Shown here: positions 46,771-61,395 of the stretch, one piece after another | How positions within the stretch are numbered: the first letter of the stretch is position 1 | How the letters are laid out: the number at the start of each line of letters is the position of its first letter | Assembly (NCBI RefSeq): GCF_009914755.1 | Contig: NC_060934.1 | From: the human T2T-CHM13v2.0 reference genome, Homo sapiens | Reading direction: 5' to 3' (one strand) | Length of the DNA stretch: 64,000 nt | Made by a program: the position numbers and the translations under genes | The notes under the pieces: generated by a model | What the model saw: only the letters and a program-made list of their open reading frames with translations | Told to the model about the DNA's origin: nothing | Database searches by the model: none

Positions 46771-47373
46771 TACGCATGCTCAAAAGTCATTTTCCTTTTT
46801 CTTGTTCTGAAAATGTTCACTTATCTCCAGTCTTAAAATTGGAGCTCCTTCAGGACACCACAAGTGTCTTCATAGACAATGGGAGTTTTTTTCTCAAGTA
46901 TAAGGCAAGAGTGGATGCACTAAGGAACAGAAAACTTGTGCTGCATTGATTGATAGGAAGATGCAGGAGACCATTCACTTGAGCATCCTTAGGTGTGATG
47001 TTTCTTTGCAAAAGTGGTAGAAAACCCACCTTCTTCCAGAACTTACTGTTCTGTTTCTTCTCCTTTTCCTTCCCCACCCCAACTCTGGCATATAAACAAA
47101 TCCACATCTCACCAATCTAGGTTGCAATGGAGGTATGCTATAAAGACAGATAAAATGATGTGGATACACTAATAGAAAGATTTATAGAACAATCAGAGAG
47201 AGGAAAGAGAAGTAGAAGGAGCACAGTTAAGAGAAAGGGCACTTGGATGATGGTCCAGATTCTTTGCAAAGGGTAGGAATTTACCTGTTTTCTAAATGGG
47301 GAAGGCGAGGTCGGAATAGGAGGATGCAGGGAAAGGTGCTGTTATGACAGTGGGCAGAAAATTCTGTGGTGGC

Positions 47374-47761
47374 TGGCTTAATCTGTTTTCACACTGCTAT
47401 ACAGAAATACCCAAGACCGGGCAATTTACAAAGGAAAGCGATTTAATTGACTTGCAGTTCTACATGGCTGGGGATGCTTCAGGAAACTTACAATCCCGGC
47501 GGAAGGCAAAGGGGAAGCAGGCACTTTCTTTACAGTGTGGCAGGGGAGAGAAGAGGGATGGAGGAACTTCCAAACACTTATAAAATCATCAGCTATCGTG
47601 AGAACTCACTCACTATCATGAGAATAGCATGGGGGAAACCGTTCCCATGATCCAATCACCTCCCTCCCGCAACACATGGGGATTACAGGTCCCTCCCTGG
47701 ATACATGGAAATTACAATTTGAGATGAGATTTGGGTGGGGACACAGAGACAAACCGTGTCA
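47374..47761 (-). mobile_element. THE1D/MSTA-type MaLR solo LTR
   Basis: TCAGGAAACTTACAATC...GAGATTTGGGTGGGGACACAGAG; flanks GTGGC/ATGGC. Confidence 0.85.
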
Positions 47762-48413
47762 ATGGCCCACTGGAGGGGGTCCTGATGTGTTCTTCTTGGT
47801 GGAAGAAGGTGGGCTAGGAGCAAGACAGGTGCTTCCAAGAAAGTCGAGCCTGGTGTGAATTCTGGAGGATTGGCTGGGGGTTAGCTAGGTTTGATGGGGA
47901 GCAAGGGGTAGGATACTCCAGGCAGAATGAGTAGGCAGCAAACAGCAAGGAAGAAACAATCCCCTACATAATTGCTTTTCAACATTGGTCTTCAGAATTA
48001 TGTTTGTTTAGTTCAATGCGATTGGTATCTTAGCTCTGAGCACCCAGCTGCTGAACATGAGAGAACAAGGCCCCCAGACAGGCTACATGGTGAAGGAAGT
48101 CAGCCTAAGTTTAAAATGTCCACAGGTAATATTCTGAAAGGACAGTTCACAGAGATATTTGAATGATGCTTGCATTGACATTTTATTATGAAATCTGTAT
48201 TACACTCACATTTGCGGAGATGATTACTCTACCATTTCCTACAGGAAGGACATATACAAAGTTTTTGTTTTGTTTTGTTTGCCCCAATGAATTGTTATGT
48301 ATTTTGTCTATTCATTTAGATGAGACTTTACTGAGGCACTTGACCATTAAAATAATTAATAAAAATAAGGAAGTGTGTTCAGAGCAGTCTGGTGAACTTT
48401 GATTAAATGAGAA

Positions 48414-48585
48414 ATTAAGCTGGGAGTAGTAGTGCACACCTGAAGTCCCAGCTACTCTGGAAGCCAAGGTGGGAAGATTGTCTGAGGCCAGGAGTTCAAG
48501 GCTGCAGTGAGCTGTGATCATGTCACTGCACTCCGGCAGCCTGGGCGACAGAGCAAGACTCTGTCTCCTAAAAAAATAAATAATA
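48414..48585 (+). mobile_element. FRAM/AluJ right arm
   Basis: Single arm with A tail. Confidence 0.8.
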
Positions 48586-50155
48586 CATGAGGAACGCTAC
48601 TCCAAGAGACCCCCAAGTCATTGCAAAACCAGCCTGGCCTCAAGCAAAGGTTGAGCGTTAGGAAAGTTCAGCACTGTGCCTTTCAGTAATGTCTTCTTCT
48701 CCATCTCTGTTAGTCATCTGACTGCAGTTAAAATAACATTTATTGCTTTCTGCTTAATGTTCTAGAACAGATGATCAGGAAGCCATGAAAGCAGAGACAA
48801 TGGTACTTCTAAAATCAGTACAATGTCCTAACCAGTATTCTCCTGACTTGCTGTAATTGGTTAAAGGCAGAGGAGATAGCATATCAAGCTGCCTCATGCC
48901 TGCCCTGAAGTGTGCCATTGGAGTTACAGCATGAGCTAGAGAGTTAGAGCCTGAAAAGGGTCTTGTCTAGAGAGGCTTAGGAGTGGTACAGACAGGGACT
49001 ACTGCAACTCTAGTGAATCTCCATGTGGAGCTGGATTGGGGAATGGTGGAAATAGGATGGTATCAGCCATTTTTCTTCCCTGTGCAATTTTCTTTTCTTT
49101 TTCCTGCAGGAAGGAACCCTGAGCACTAATTTGTCTCACTGCTTTCTCCTTAGGAACCAGCAATGTTGCTGACAGGGAGACCTCAGGATGGGAACTGCTG
49201 GGCTTCAGCCTTGTCAAATAAGCCCCATTTCACCTAATTCCATCTCCTTTTCAATATGTGGTCTTCACGTTTAACCTACGGTTGTTTTCTTCTATGGAAA
49301 ACATACAGTGGTCTTAAGACCATGTATCCAGACGTTGCTTTTTGACTTGCCAGTGTACAGATTCTTCCCTCCATCTGCCTCCTGCAAAGAGTATTTTGGG
49401 AAAATGAATTGCACATGGCATCTGCTCAGTTGGGCCCATGGACTCCTGGTGGCAGGCAGACCCCTGGGAGATCCGGGTAAAATGTGACTCACCACGTCCT
49501 ATGTACTGCGCCTTTCAAAGGACTCGCTCATCTTTTCTTTGGAATGTTTCTCTTCTCTTCCCCTCTCTCTGTTGCCATAACCACCCCTTTTTCATCTTGA
49601 CTCTCATTATCCACGCCTGGATTTTGGCACTAATCTGACCAGCTAGCTGGCCTGACTCCCTGCTTAGAAATGAGAAGTGGCTTCTTATTTTCTCATCATT
49701 TCTTCCTTCCTAGCTTTCATGTCCTTCCTTGTCTGACCCCACACTACCCCTCCAAGGATGTTAGTGCCAGAACACTTCATCACAGGCCCTGTGCTCTAAC
49801 TGGACTGATGGCCTCACTCACTGCCAGGCCTTTCTCTCAAAGCCTTGCTTGGTGTCTTATTTTTTTTGGGGGGGGATGTCTTTTTCCTTCCCTTCTGCAT
49901 AGTCACATCTTCCTTGGCCTTCGAGATCCCATCTTCCAGGAAGCTCTGTGGATATCCCTGCTTCCATTCACCTGCAGATTTCTCTGGGGCTTTGTGACGA
50001 TACCAGCAACTCCATGCAGTTTTGCATTGACTTCTACTGCCCTCTATGAGTTTTTGGAGCTTGGCTTTTCAATTTTAAAATGTTGTTAATGACGAAGATT
50101 CTAGTACACACTTGGTGTGTTAAAAGTGTCCCCAGTGGTCCTGGGCCCGTAATAA

Positions 50156-50662
<507 letters not shown>

Positions 50663-51695
50663 TGACTCTTGTGACCAGTGTTCTCTCATTTCCTCTGAAT
50701 ACCCCTCCCCTTCTCTCTTGTCTACTGAGTGCTAAGGCCTCTCAGGCAGGAATTTCCACCTAAGTATGGTGCTGCCTTCATTCCCTTCTTCCCCATGGTT
50801 ATTTCAGTCAAAACATGTACATTAAGTTTAAAAATAAATTTCCCTTGAATCCATGTCATTATGCACAGATTCATGTACACCATGTCGATTCACGAACACC
50901 AAAAACTCTGAAACATAACGATAGCATTTGGGGTTCACGGTGTTATCATCCCATCGTCAAGTGAAGGTTTATGTCCCAGTGCCTGTTTTACTAAACAAAG
51001 CCCAAACCTATATTGTTCTCAGGTCGCTGGAATTTAGTTTTTTCGTTCTACTGAATAGGAGGTGAAAATTAATTGACTGGTAGGGAGTAAGAAAATCACA
51101 TTTTGTTAGGAGAAGCAGTTCATGAATCCCCAAGAATCCCCAATATTTGATTTCTCTATTTTACAGCAAGAATTCACTCATGAATTTCCCACACTCTGCT
51201 CAGGTTTCTTGACTCTGTTCCAGTCTTGCTCATGCTTTTAGTGGTCTGTGTTTTGTGTTATTTTCAATCAGAGGTAGAACTCTTGTTGCGTTAAAACGTC
51301 ACACTTCTAATTCGATTTTGTTTCTCTCTGGGGTTTCTTTAAATTTTGTTTCCTTTCTTTGCTTTTCATCTGCCAGGTCATTAACAAAGATGCCTAATGG
51401 TCACCTCTAACACCTTTCTCAGGAGTTTACTGTTAATTTGCCACCAACCCAATTTCTCAAGAGAACTACATAATGTATTTTCTCATTCATTTAATCTTCA
51501 GTTAACAATTTTTAAAAAGATTGAACTATTGAGACAGTAATTTCACACTAATTTCATACCATTGGGCTACTGGATTTCATTGTACTATCCAAGTTAAAGA
51601 AATTATCTTTAACATTGATTCCTCAGTGATGATTATTGCTTTTAGTTCACCTGCAAAGCAACAAACCATTTCTGGAAGATTTTCTGGAGATGTAA

Positions 51696-52143
<448 letters not shown>

Positions 52144-54224
52144 GGTTTCATTCTCTTTTTAATCACCAACTCTAGAATTTCCCCTTCCCCAACAACCACC
52201 ACTTGACTCTTCCATTTCAGAGGATTTGTAATAGAGATTAGATTTAGAAATAATACTTTTGGAAGGAAGAAATTGCACCCATCTTAATGGGGATAGAATC
52301 CTTTACTTCTTAGTGAGACTAAATTACCAAATCTTGCTTGAATGGTGTGTGAGGAACGTGGGTATTAGCAAGAGATTTAGGTTTCGAAATGGGAGTTTCT
52401 CTGGTGCACAGTGGCCTCCCCTTGGTAGTGTGGGAAGGAGGACAGTGTGTATCATTGAAGCATTCATGGGTGACTGGATAAACTGCACAGAGTTCAGCAG
52501 GCTAAAGAGATAAACTCCTTCATTCCACATGCAGACGTCCTGCTGCTGCCTAAAATCAATAGCCTTGTGTTCCTAGGAATCTCTGTCCAAGACTGTGTTT
52601 CGGTTGTATGGTTGTTTATTTTGGAAATGCAACAATAAATAACCGCAGAGAGGATATTAGAGGAGACCTCCTTGGGAAAGGCTACGAATTCTTTGGGGAC
52701 ATAAAGCCTCATGCATGTGGCCTCTGATAAGAGGAAATCACTATAGATAATATTTGCTTTTTCTATATTCCCTGAGGACAATACAATAGAAACAGGAACA
52801 AGCAGTATAAAAAAAATCTGTTTGTTTGCCTAGTAAAGCCTTCTATTTTAGTCATTTCGGTTAAACCAGGGAATAAGGACACTTGATCTTGAGTTGAGTC
52901 AGTGCCCTGAGATGCACCATCAGATCCGCTGAACACCCAGGAGTTAGATGGTTATATCCGGTGGGGCGCGACCCACTCTCGCACCACAACTGCGCCAGCT
53001 CTTTGAGGGACTTGGCAAGGCCGTCCTTCATTGATTAGGTCTCTGGCTTGTCTCATCTGCCACCATCTGAAAATACCTGGTATAGAGTTTGGAGACAGTT
53101 TTGCAGCCGTGACTAAGAGGGAGGAAGGGGGAAAATCCGATTACCTCCCTCTCACCATGGCATGTTCTTGTTTGTCCACATGCAGGGGGCTCTGTCATCC
53201 CTAATCTCTTTGAGCGTTGCTCTGTAAGGGTTTTGGCCCATGCACAACCACTGCCACAAGAATCCACAAGCCAGAGCCAAATCTTACATCACGGGGAAGA
53301 TGAAACATTCCCCATGCAAGACCTGCAGCCGCAGAGTCCATTGCTCAGGGGAGAGAAAGGCATGCTGACTGCATCCTAGGGGTTGGCCCTCCCCAGGACC
53401 TCTACCCCTTACCTAGAGGAGGAAATGTCTCCCGAGGAGTCCCTGAACTACTCAGAGCTCATCAAAGAAAGGAGTCTACTTCCCTGGAGAGTTGTTTATT
53501 TTTCTTTCTCATTAAAATGCATGAAGGTATCTTTTCTGAAATGTTGATTCAGAGGTTCTGAACTGATGTTTGTGAGGCTGCTTTCATTGTAGCTTGCAGA
53601 AGAGTTAGATTCTAAACAGCCCAGCAGGAAGCACCTTGGATTCTAATATCCTTAACAAGGAAGGGGTAGTGACGGAGAGTCAGGGAACGGCTAAACTACT
53701 GACACTTTCAAAGGAATGATTAAGGTGGACAAAGATGGACAAATAACCATGAAAGGCTCGAGCAACTGCATTAAAAATAGAGAATTTTAACAAGAAGCGG
53801 TCTCCTAACCATCCAAAAGTGTGGGGGCAGGGGGAGTCACACTGGAGTTAATTACACTTTAAATCTCAGAGGAAGATTCCTCTCATGCTGTAGTTGACAG
53901 AAATGAAGAATGAACTTTATTATCTGATCAGAAGTGGAGTCGGAAGTTGCTGAGGCGATACATATGGCTGGTGGGGAGGAAGGAAAAAGAGCAAGTTTAA
54001 AAGAAGCCCAGGGAAGGCTTATTTTTCTTTATTTAATTGGTTTCAAAGCAACTGAATCCTCCCCAATTTGGACTGTAATTGACATTTGTTTTACAAAGAA
54101 AGAAAACCACAACAAGAAAGGAAGTACAAACCAGGTATCCAGGCCCTCTGAGGAGCTGTGACCCCTGGGACTCCCCCTCACAATCTTTCTAAGCGAAGGT
54201 GTACTTTGTGGAGCCACTGACATG

Positions 54225-54610
54225 CTGGGCTAATCTGGGTTCTCTGGGAAAAAAACGCCAGGATGAGATCAGTGTGGGAAGATGTGTACAGAGGGGTACC
54301 TTTGTGAGAGAAGGTGGAGCTGGAGCCAAGAAAGGCTAAGAGAGCCATGAGACCCCCATAAGAATACTACCCAGAGCAAAGGAGGCCGCCAAGAAGAAGG
54401 CTGGGTTCAAATATCCAAAAGCGCTGTGCAGTTGAAGGAAAGTTCAGTAAGGCCACTGGGGAGGCCTTCAGCCAAAGTCAGGTCCCACGTGTCAGAGAAG
54501 TGCCATGTTTCTCAGGGTTGCCCCGCTGTGCTCAGCCATTGGCTGGATTCAGCTCATAAGAAGGGCCACCTTGACGTGAATGTAACTGTGGATTTCAGGG
54601 GATGCTGCTG
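54225..54610 (-). mobile_element. LTR16-like (ERVL) remnant
   Basis: CTGGGTTCTCTGGGAA...CTGTGCTCAGCCATTGGCTGG; recalled similarity only. Confidence 0.45.
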
Positions 54611-55807
54611 ACCCCCTTGGTCAATTACACTTCGTGTAGTTGGAGGTTTGCAAGATCCCTTCTCATGGTCACTGCAGTTCTTCCACGGAGCATTCTCAGT
54701 AGCAGGATTATCCTCTGTGCAATTGGAAGCAACCTTGAAGACCATTGTTCCAACTCTCTCATTGTGTAAATGAAAAGACTTGCGTAGATGGGGCTAGATG
54801 ATTTCCAGGACTGGGAGACCCTGGAGTGGGGGAATTAATATTTTCTAAAAACATCCAGGTTTTTATAGAACTCCAGAACTACTCCTTCCATTGCGCCAAC
54901 TATACTAACAAAGTTGTGTGCTGGTCACAATTTTTATTTTTAAAATACGGATTATATTTCTGATGATAAGAATGTATACATTCAAGAAAATTTGGGAAAT
55001 AAAGAGAAGTAACAAGAAGGGGAAAATATTATTCAGAACATACCCAGCCAACCCTTCAAGTTCTTAGCCATTTGGTATGTTTTCTTACAGTTATTTTCCC
55101 CATACCTTTTTTACACATCGAAGTTTATACAGCATAGAACTTGAATCCTGATTTTTTTCACTTGGCATCATGACCTCAACGTTTCTCATGTTGTAAAAAT
55201 TTCAGAAACTTAATATGGATGACTGTACAACTTATTGATCTTTTGATTCAGTCACTGTGAAATATCTGGGAAAACAAAGGAAAATTTGAGGTCATTTAAA
55301 TTGAGTATACTCTTCTATGGAAAAGTTTCTGAAACTTATTGCTTCAACTTGGGATATTTATCATGGGCAAAATTTGTAACAATGCTTCTAGTTTGTACTT
55401 TGGAATATCCTTCCTCTAACTTTTAAAGAAAAATCTTCAGTCTGACGTTTTAAACTTCATAGTACTTTTTGACGGAACACTTATACATTCTCAACTGTTT
55501 CAATATACCTGTTTTCTGTTTCCACCTGTTTGTGTTTAGAGTTTTTGTTTTGTTAGCTCTTTGGAAGTTGAAAACTGGTTTGCAGTTTTCAGACTAATTG
55601 ACTTGGTGAAAGAGAATTCTTCCAGGTCAGACTTTCCTAGTAACTCTGAATTTCAGGAAATGATGGGATAAAAGTGGTTAAAAGCATGAGCTTTGGAATC
55701 AGCGAGATGTGAGTGTGAACCTCAGCTTGGTCCTTGTTCAGTGGTCCTTGAATGACAGCAGATCAGTTCTTCAATCTCTGAGAGCTTCATTTATTACTTA
55801 TCCCAGG

Positions 55808-56115
55808 AGTATCCTCCAAAGAAAGGAAATCAGTGTACTGAAGAGATATCTGCACTCCTATGTTTACTGCAGCTCTGTTCACAATAGCCAAGATTTGGAA
55901 GCAACCTGTGTCCATCAACACATGAATGGATAAAGAAAATGTGGTACATACACACAGTGGAGTACTATTCAGCCATAAAAAAGAATGAACTCCTGTCATT
56001 TGCAATAACATGGATGGAACCAGAGGTCATTATGTTAAGTGAAATAAACCAGGCACAGAAAGACAAACTTTGCATGTTCTCACTTATTTGTGAGAGCTAA
56101 AAATTAAAACAAAAC
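55808..56115 (+). mobile_element. L1MA 3' fragment inside a MIR (~55670-56285)
   Basis: AAAGGAAATCAGT...GAAGAGATATCTGCACTC...GGAGTACTATTCAGCCATAAAAAAGAATGA. Confidence 0.85.
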
Positions 56116-57260
56116 AATTATAATTTTTTGAAATTTTTATTCTTACTTTAATTTTATTCCCATTTCATAGGAAATGGAACATAAATCTCAGTTGTCTTAT
56201 GTAAAGATCAAAAGGATAGAATGCAAAGAAAGTACTTCACGTGGATGTGGTATCCAGTTGGGTACCAAATAAAATTATCATTATTACTGTCTCAAGCTTT
56301 AGTCTGTTAATATTTTGTTTATTATTAATTTTTTAGTCTGTTTTAACCTGAATGGTATATCTTGTGTGTAAACCCACACGTTTCCTTGCTTTGTCAATGA
56401 CAGGGACGAAGTCCTTTTGTTAACATTTATCTCTACTCGATATCCCCATTATCAATCAATCAGATGAAGGTTATTACTGCAAATATACAACAATTTTAGA
56501 GGAACGTACTGAGTATTCAGTCTATGCCTTATTTACGCTTGAGCTGTTAATTGTGATTAGTGTCTTCTATAAGTAGACACTAATAGCTATTTATAGATTT
56601 GTGTGCAAAATAATATTCCTTGGTCTAAATGGTTGAATCCTAAGCTCCTAGCACAGGTAATGGCAGAAAGTCTGGTTTAACCTAATTCAAGGACTTAACC
56701 CACAGCTTTCTGACGTACACAGGGATCCCATATGTTCCCCAGATTCTAGTGATGGAGTGAGCTGTCCTGTCCCTTGGTATCCTGTCCCACCAAGCTGTCC
56801 TAGCTTGGTGTCAGGTTGGCCCTGGCTACAGGTGTAAGCTGGCTGTGGCCTACGCTCCCGTGTAGTAGCTGGGACAAAGTCCAGTTGCTTGAGTACCTCT
56901 AGTGGCTGTGAGTGAGGCATCTTGTCCCAGCTGTAGTGATTCTTCAGAGGTGAGTGGCAATCTTTATTAATATATCTGGTGAAAATTACTTCCATCCAAA
57001 CTGGCGGAACTTCACCACGAAACTCTTCCATTGCTTCCTTCAGGATTTTCCATATTGCACGAGGCTGCTGTAGTAGCAAAACCCCTGTTGTGAGGGTCCT
57101 TCTCTCCACTTGGTTAGCTAGACTGTGTCTTGTTATGATATTTTTAAAAATATCATGCAGATATGAGAATATCTTTCAGTTGCAAAGAGTATAAAGAACA
57201 ACTTGGTTGTATTTAAAAATCTTGGATTACAACCTTACCCTGCTCAAAAGTCAATAGACA

Positions 57261-57598
<338 letters not shown>

Positions 57599-58096
57599 TC
57601 AATAGACAATGCTTCTTCATCTTAAGGTATTGAATATGGCAGTAGCATTGAGCACTACTGTAGTTTTCACACCACTGTTGAGAAATATTATTCTTGCCTG
57701 GGTGCTTAAAGAATTGTTAAAAAGTCCTATGAGCTAGAGATTTTAATAATTTCTTCCTATTGCCTAACCCTTCATGGAGAACTTGCTTTATCCTCAGCCC
57801 TATGGGACAGCTCTAATCACTGTATGACCCTCCTCTTTTGGGCACAGATAATGGGCCATAGATGGATAACTGTCCAGAGCTGGACTATTAATCATCTTAT
57901 CCAGGAATCTGTAACTGGGGAATTAGACTGAGCGTGCTACCTGCAGGAAGTTGAATTCAGTTAGTGTAGGCTCAAGTGGTGACGTTTCCTTTGGGTGCAG
58001 CCATTGTCAACCATGTATAAACAAGTAAATAAGCAGAGAAGCCAGTTTGCAGAGAAATTTGAATGAAGTAGTCATAGAGTGAAAATGAGAGGTAGC

Positions 58097-58149
58097 TGTG
58101 TGTGTGTGTGTGTGTGTGTGTGCATGTGCGTGTGTGTGAGAGAGAGAGG
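58097..58149. repeat. (TG)n(AG)n microsatellite
   Basis: Directly visible. Confidence 0.9.
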
Positions 58150-59123
58150 AACGCCCACTGGAGGCATTGCTATAGAGCACATGGCAAGGTGCACTATCTT
58201 GAGAGTAGAGAATTTTCTTCTCTGTAACTCCCCTCTTTACTGGCTCTAGCAACTCTAGCCAGCCCAGTGCCTGGTCCCGTCTGTGCATGTCTAGGGGAGA
58301 GCAGATCTGCTGCTTCCTCTTGAATGAACTGAAGGCTGTGGGCATCAGTGGCATTCAATGCAGGGCTTTAGAGGGATGGGAAGGCAAGCTGGCCACTCTT
58401 CCCCTGACGAGGGACCCTTAGCCTTGCTTGGGCATGAAATAGCCTTTGGAGCTATTTCAGAAGAAGGAGAAGCTGGGGTCTGGAATTTGGGTAAAAATGC
58501 CTTAGAGGCCAGGAGGGGCTGAGTTGGAGGCAAGCCTGGTGTGATTGGGAAAGGAATGGAAAGTGAGAATCTCCTGCACCTTTCAGATGTGTCTTTTTCT
58601 AAATCCTGTCCCCTGCTTTACTGCTTCTTAAAGACCATGTGACACTGAGAAGTAGCTGATTTGGGGAACTTTGATGCTGAGGCAGGAAAGTCAGTGGCTC
58701 CTGTTGGCAGATTAGGAGTAGAGTGTTAAAGAGAATGAGGTCTTCGTGGACCCACTCAAGCAATTGAGAGTCTGGGCTCTCAGCAACACCTCCCAGTCCA
58801 TTCACACTCTTCAGAACTAGGGAATGTTGTTTGTGATAACCTGTGGCAAAAGGTTGAGAAAGGATGAGACCCAGTGAAACAAAAGGCAAGGAATCATTCC
58901 CTTCACGCCACAGCTGATCATGGGACACACAGGCAGTTTCCTTGTTCCCCTCACTGTTTCCTGGAGTGAGTTAATAAAATGGCACCACGGGAGGCGGCTC
59001 TCCAGATCCTGGCCGGGGGCAGGAGCTCAGCTGGAGTCTAACTGAGCCTGGGAACATCAGGTATAGGATTTTGGCCATTGTCGGTAGATATTTCACCTCT
59101 ACAGAAAGATGCCATAACCTCTT

Positions 59124-60016
59124 ATGCGAGAAGATATTATGACATATTGCTTTGCCTCATTTGTGCATGTTCATTCAGCTAAAAGAGGGTTTGGTATTTG
59201 CAAATAGAATTTTTTTTAAAAGCAGATGGTGGGCCTTGGAGAATGTTTCCAATTTCTGCAAAGCACTAAAAGCATTGATGGGAGCTGTCTGCATGATGAT
59301 TAGATGTCTAAAACTTATGTCACAGATCGTGAGCAACTCCAAAATCTCAATAATTATTGACCGTTTATCCCAAATAGCTGGCTTATTTCTAACTGAGAGA
59401 AGACTGAAAAGCCATTCAGTGTCTTGGGAAATTCAATCAGAGTTAAAAATTAAGCTCACTGTTGAGGGACAAGGAAGTTGCCTAAGTCTTTCAGCAACAA
59501 TGGAAATTATGTCTCTAAATTGTATTTGCTACTGAAAATACTACTTTGTTTTAAATGCCAATAAGGCTAACTGCCCAAGTGACACATGAACTATTTAAAT
59601 TATCTACACATAGCTTCAGTTTCTTGTCAAGCCACAGAGACTTTACAAAGTGGCTCTTTCTGCTTTCTTAAGCGGGAAGAGTGTCAATGAATTAGTATAG
59701 AAGTTACAGCAATTCCAATGGTGTAGATTTTTTTCCCCTGCCAAACAGTAGGATCAAATAGCTTCTGCCTATATGGTTTTCATTATTTAAGGCTAAAATT
59801 AGAATAAAGTCACTTCTGAAAAGAAAGATTAGATCTGACAAAACCAAAGTATTCTTAGCTATTGAAATCATCATCTTCACCCCTTTGATGTCTTTGTCTT
59901 GTAAAGCGTGAAAGGTCAAGGAAGCTAAAAGCAAAATAAAAGTGTTTAGTACAAAATGCGAGAAGACATTATAACATATTGCTTTGCCTCAGTTGTGCAT
60001 GTTCATTCAGCTAAAA
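59124..60016. repeat. 61-bp direct repeat pair (59124-59184 and 59956-60016)
   Basis: 58/61 identical, ungapped, offset 832 bp. Confidence 0.95.
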
Positions 60017-60777
60017 AATTTATTCTGCAGCTATTATGTGCCAGGCATTGAAGACATGTGTTCATTACTGTATAGGGGTACAATGGGGGAACGAATCCAA
60101 GGTTCTTCCCTCCTGGTACTAACAAAGAACTTATGTAATATGAAATTTCACCATGGCCAATATGGCTTGGTGGTTGACAGCCCTGGTTGGTAAATGAAGA
60201 AACCTAGGCTTTAAACCAAAGCGGTGCCGCCGAAAGAGCTATGTGTTCTCAGGAAAGTGCCTGGTAGTTTTCACTCCACTGCCCTAAATCTTCTAAAGGG
60301 CGGGGCCAGCATCTGACTTGCCTAGGTCCCCTAAATTGCCTAACAGATTCCTATGCCTCACAGATGTTCAATAAATGTTTGGTGAATGAACAGACCTCAT
60401 ATTCTCTGACATTTCTATCATCCTATTCAATCCCCATGGCAGATTACTTTTGCCATGGAGAGTCAAGCTCTCCATCTCTGACATGCCAGGTTTTAGATAA
60501 ATCCCTCAGAGAAGGAATGCGGGAGAGATGTCCTTCCTTCCCTGCTCCACACACATATGAAAAAAGCCATTCACTCTTTGAACGGGTATTCCCCTATCTC
60601 TTCTATTTGGGCCACAGGGCTTCTATCCAAGATGAATTTCACTGGTCGTCCAGTAACTCTTCTTATCTGTCTACTGACTAGGGACATCCAGCAGCCATCT
60701 CCTTGATGCTGTTAATCCCAGTATGCAGGTTACCTCCCTGCAAATGTCCCTGTAAACAATGACTAAGTCAACTTTAA

Positions 60778-61102
<325 letters not shown>

Positions 61103-61154
61103 CAGAAGACTTTTCCAAGAATGTCTTTTTCAATACTTTTTCAAGAAGGGGAGA

Positions 61155-61200
61155 ATTAAAAGTAATGGCAAACACCGCAATAACTTTTGCACCAACCTAA
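61155..61200. mobile_element. MADE1 half element
   Basis: AAAAGTAATGGCAAACACCGCAATAACTTTTGCACCAACCTAA. Confidence 0.85.
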
Positions 61201-61348
61201 ATACTGCAATTAGTTTATACTTACCTAAATACTAACGTAGATACTTACTTAAATACAACTATACTTACCTTACTACTGTAGTAAATAGTTACTATACTTT
61301 TACCTACACAGTCACTTTACTATGAATCTTCCTAGGCTCTGCATGTAT

Positions 61349-61395
61349 TTAGGTTCGTTCAAAAGTAATTGTGCGTTACTTCTGCACCAAACTAA
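61349..61395. mobile_element. MADE1, internally deleted
   Basis: TTAGGTTCGTTCAAAAGTAATTG...TTACTTCTGCACCAAACTAA. Confidence 0.75.

Noticed and set aside
56687-57109. 140-aa minus-strand ORF as a CDS
   Set aside because: No homology I recognise and a non-ATG start; kept only as context for the structured-segment finding.
61217-61270. U1 snRNA pseudogene
   Set aside because: Only the first 10 nt match; the following U1 sequence (GGCAGGGGAGATACC) is absent.
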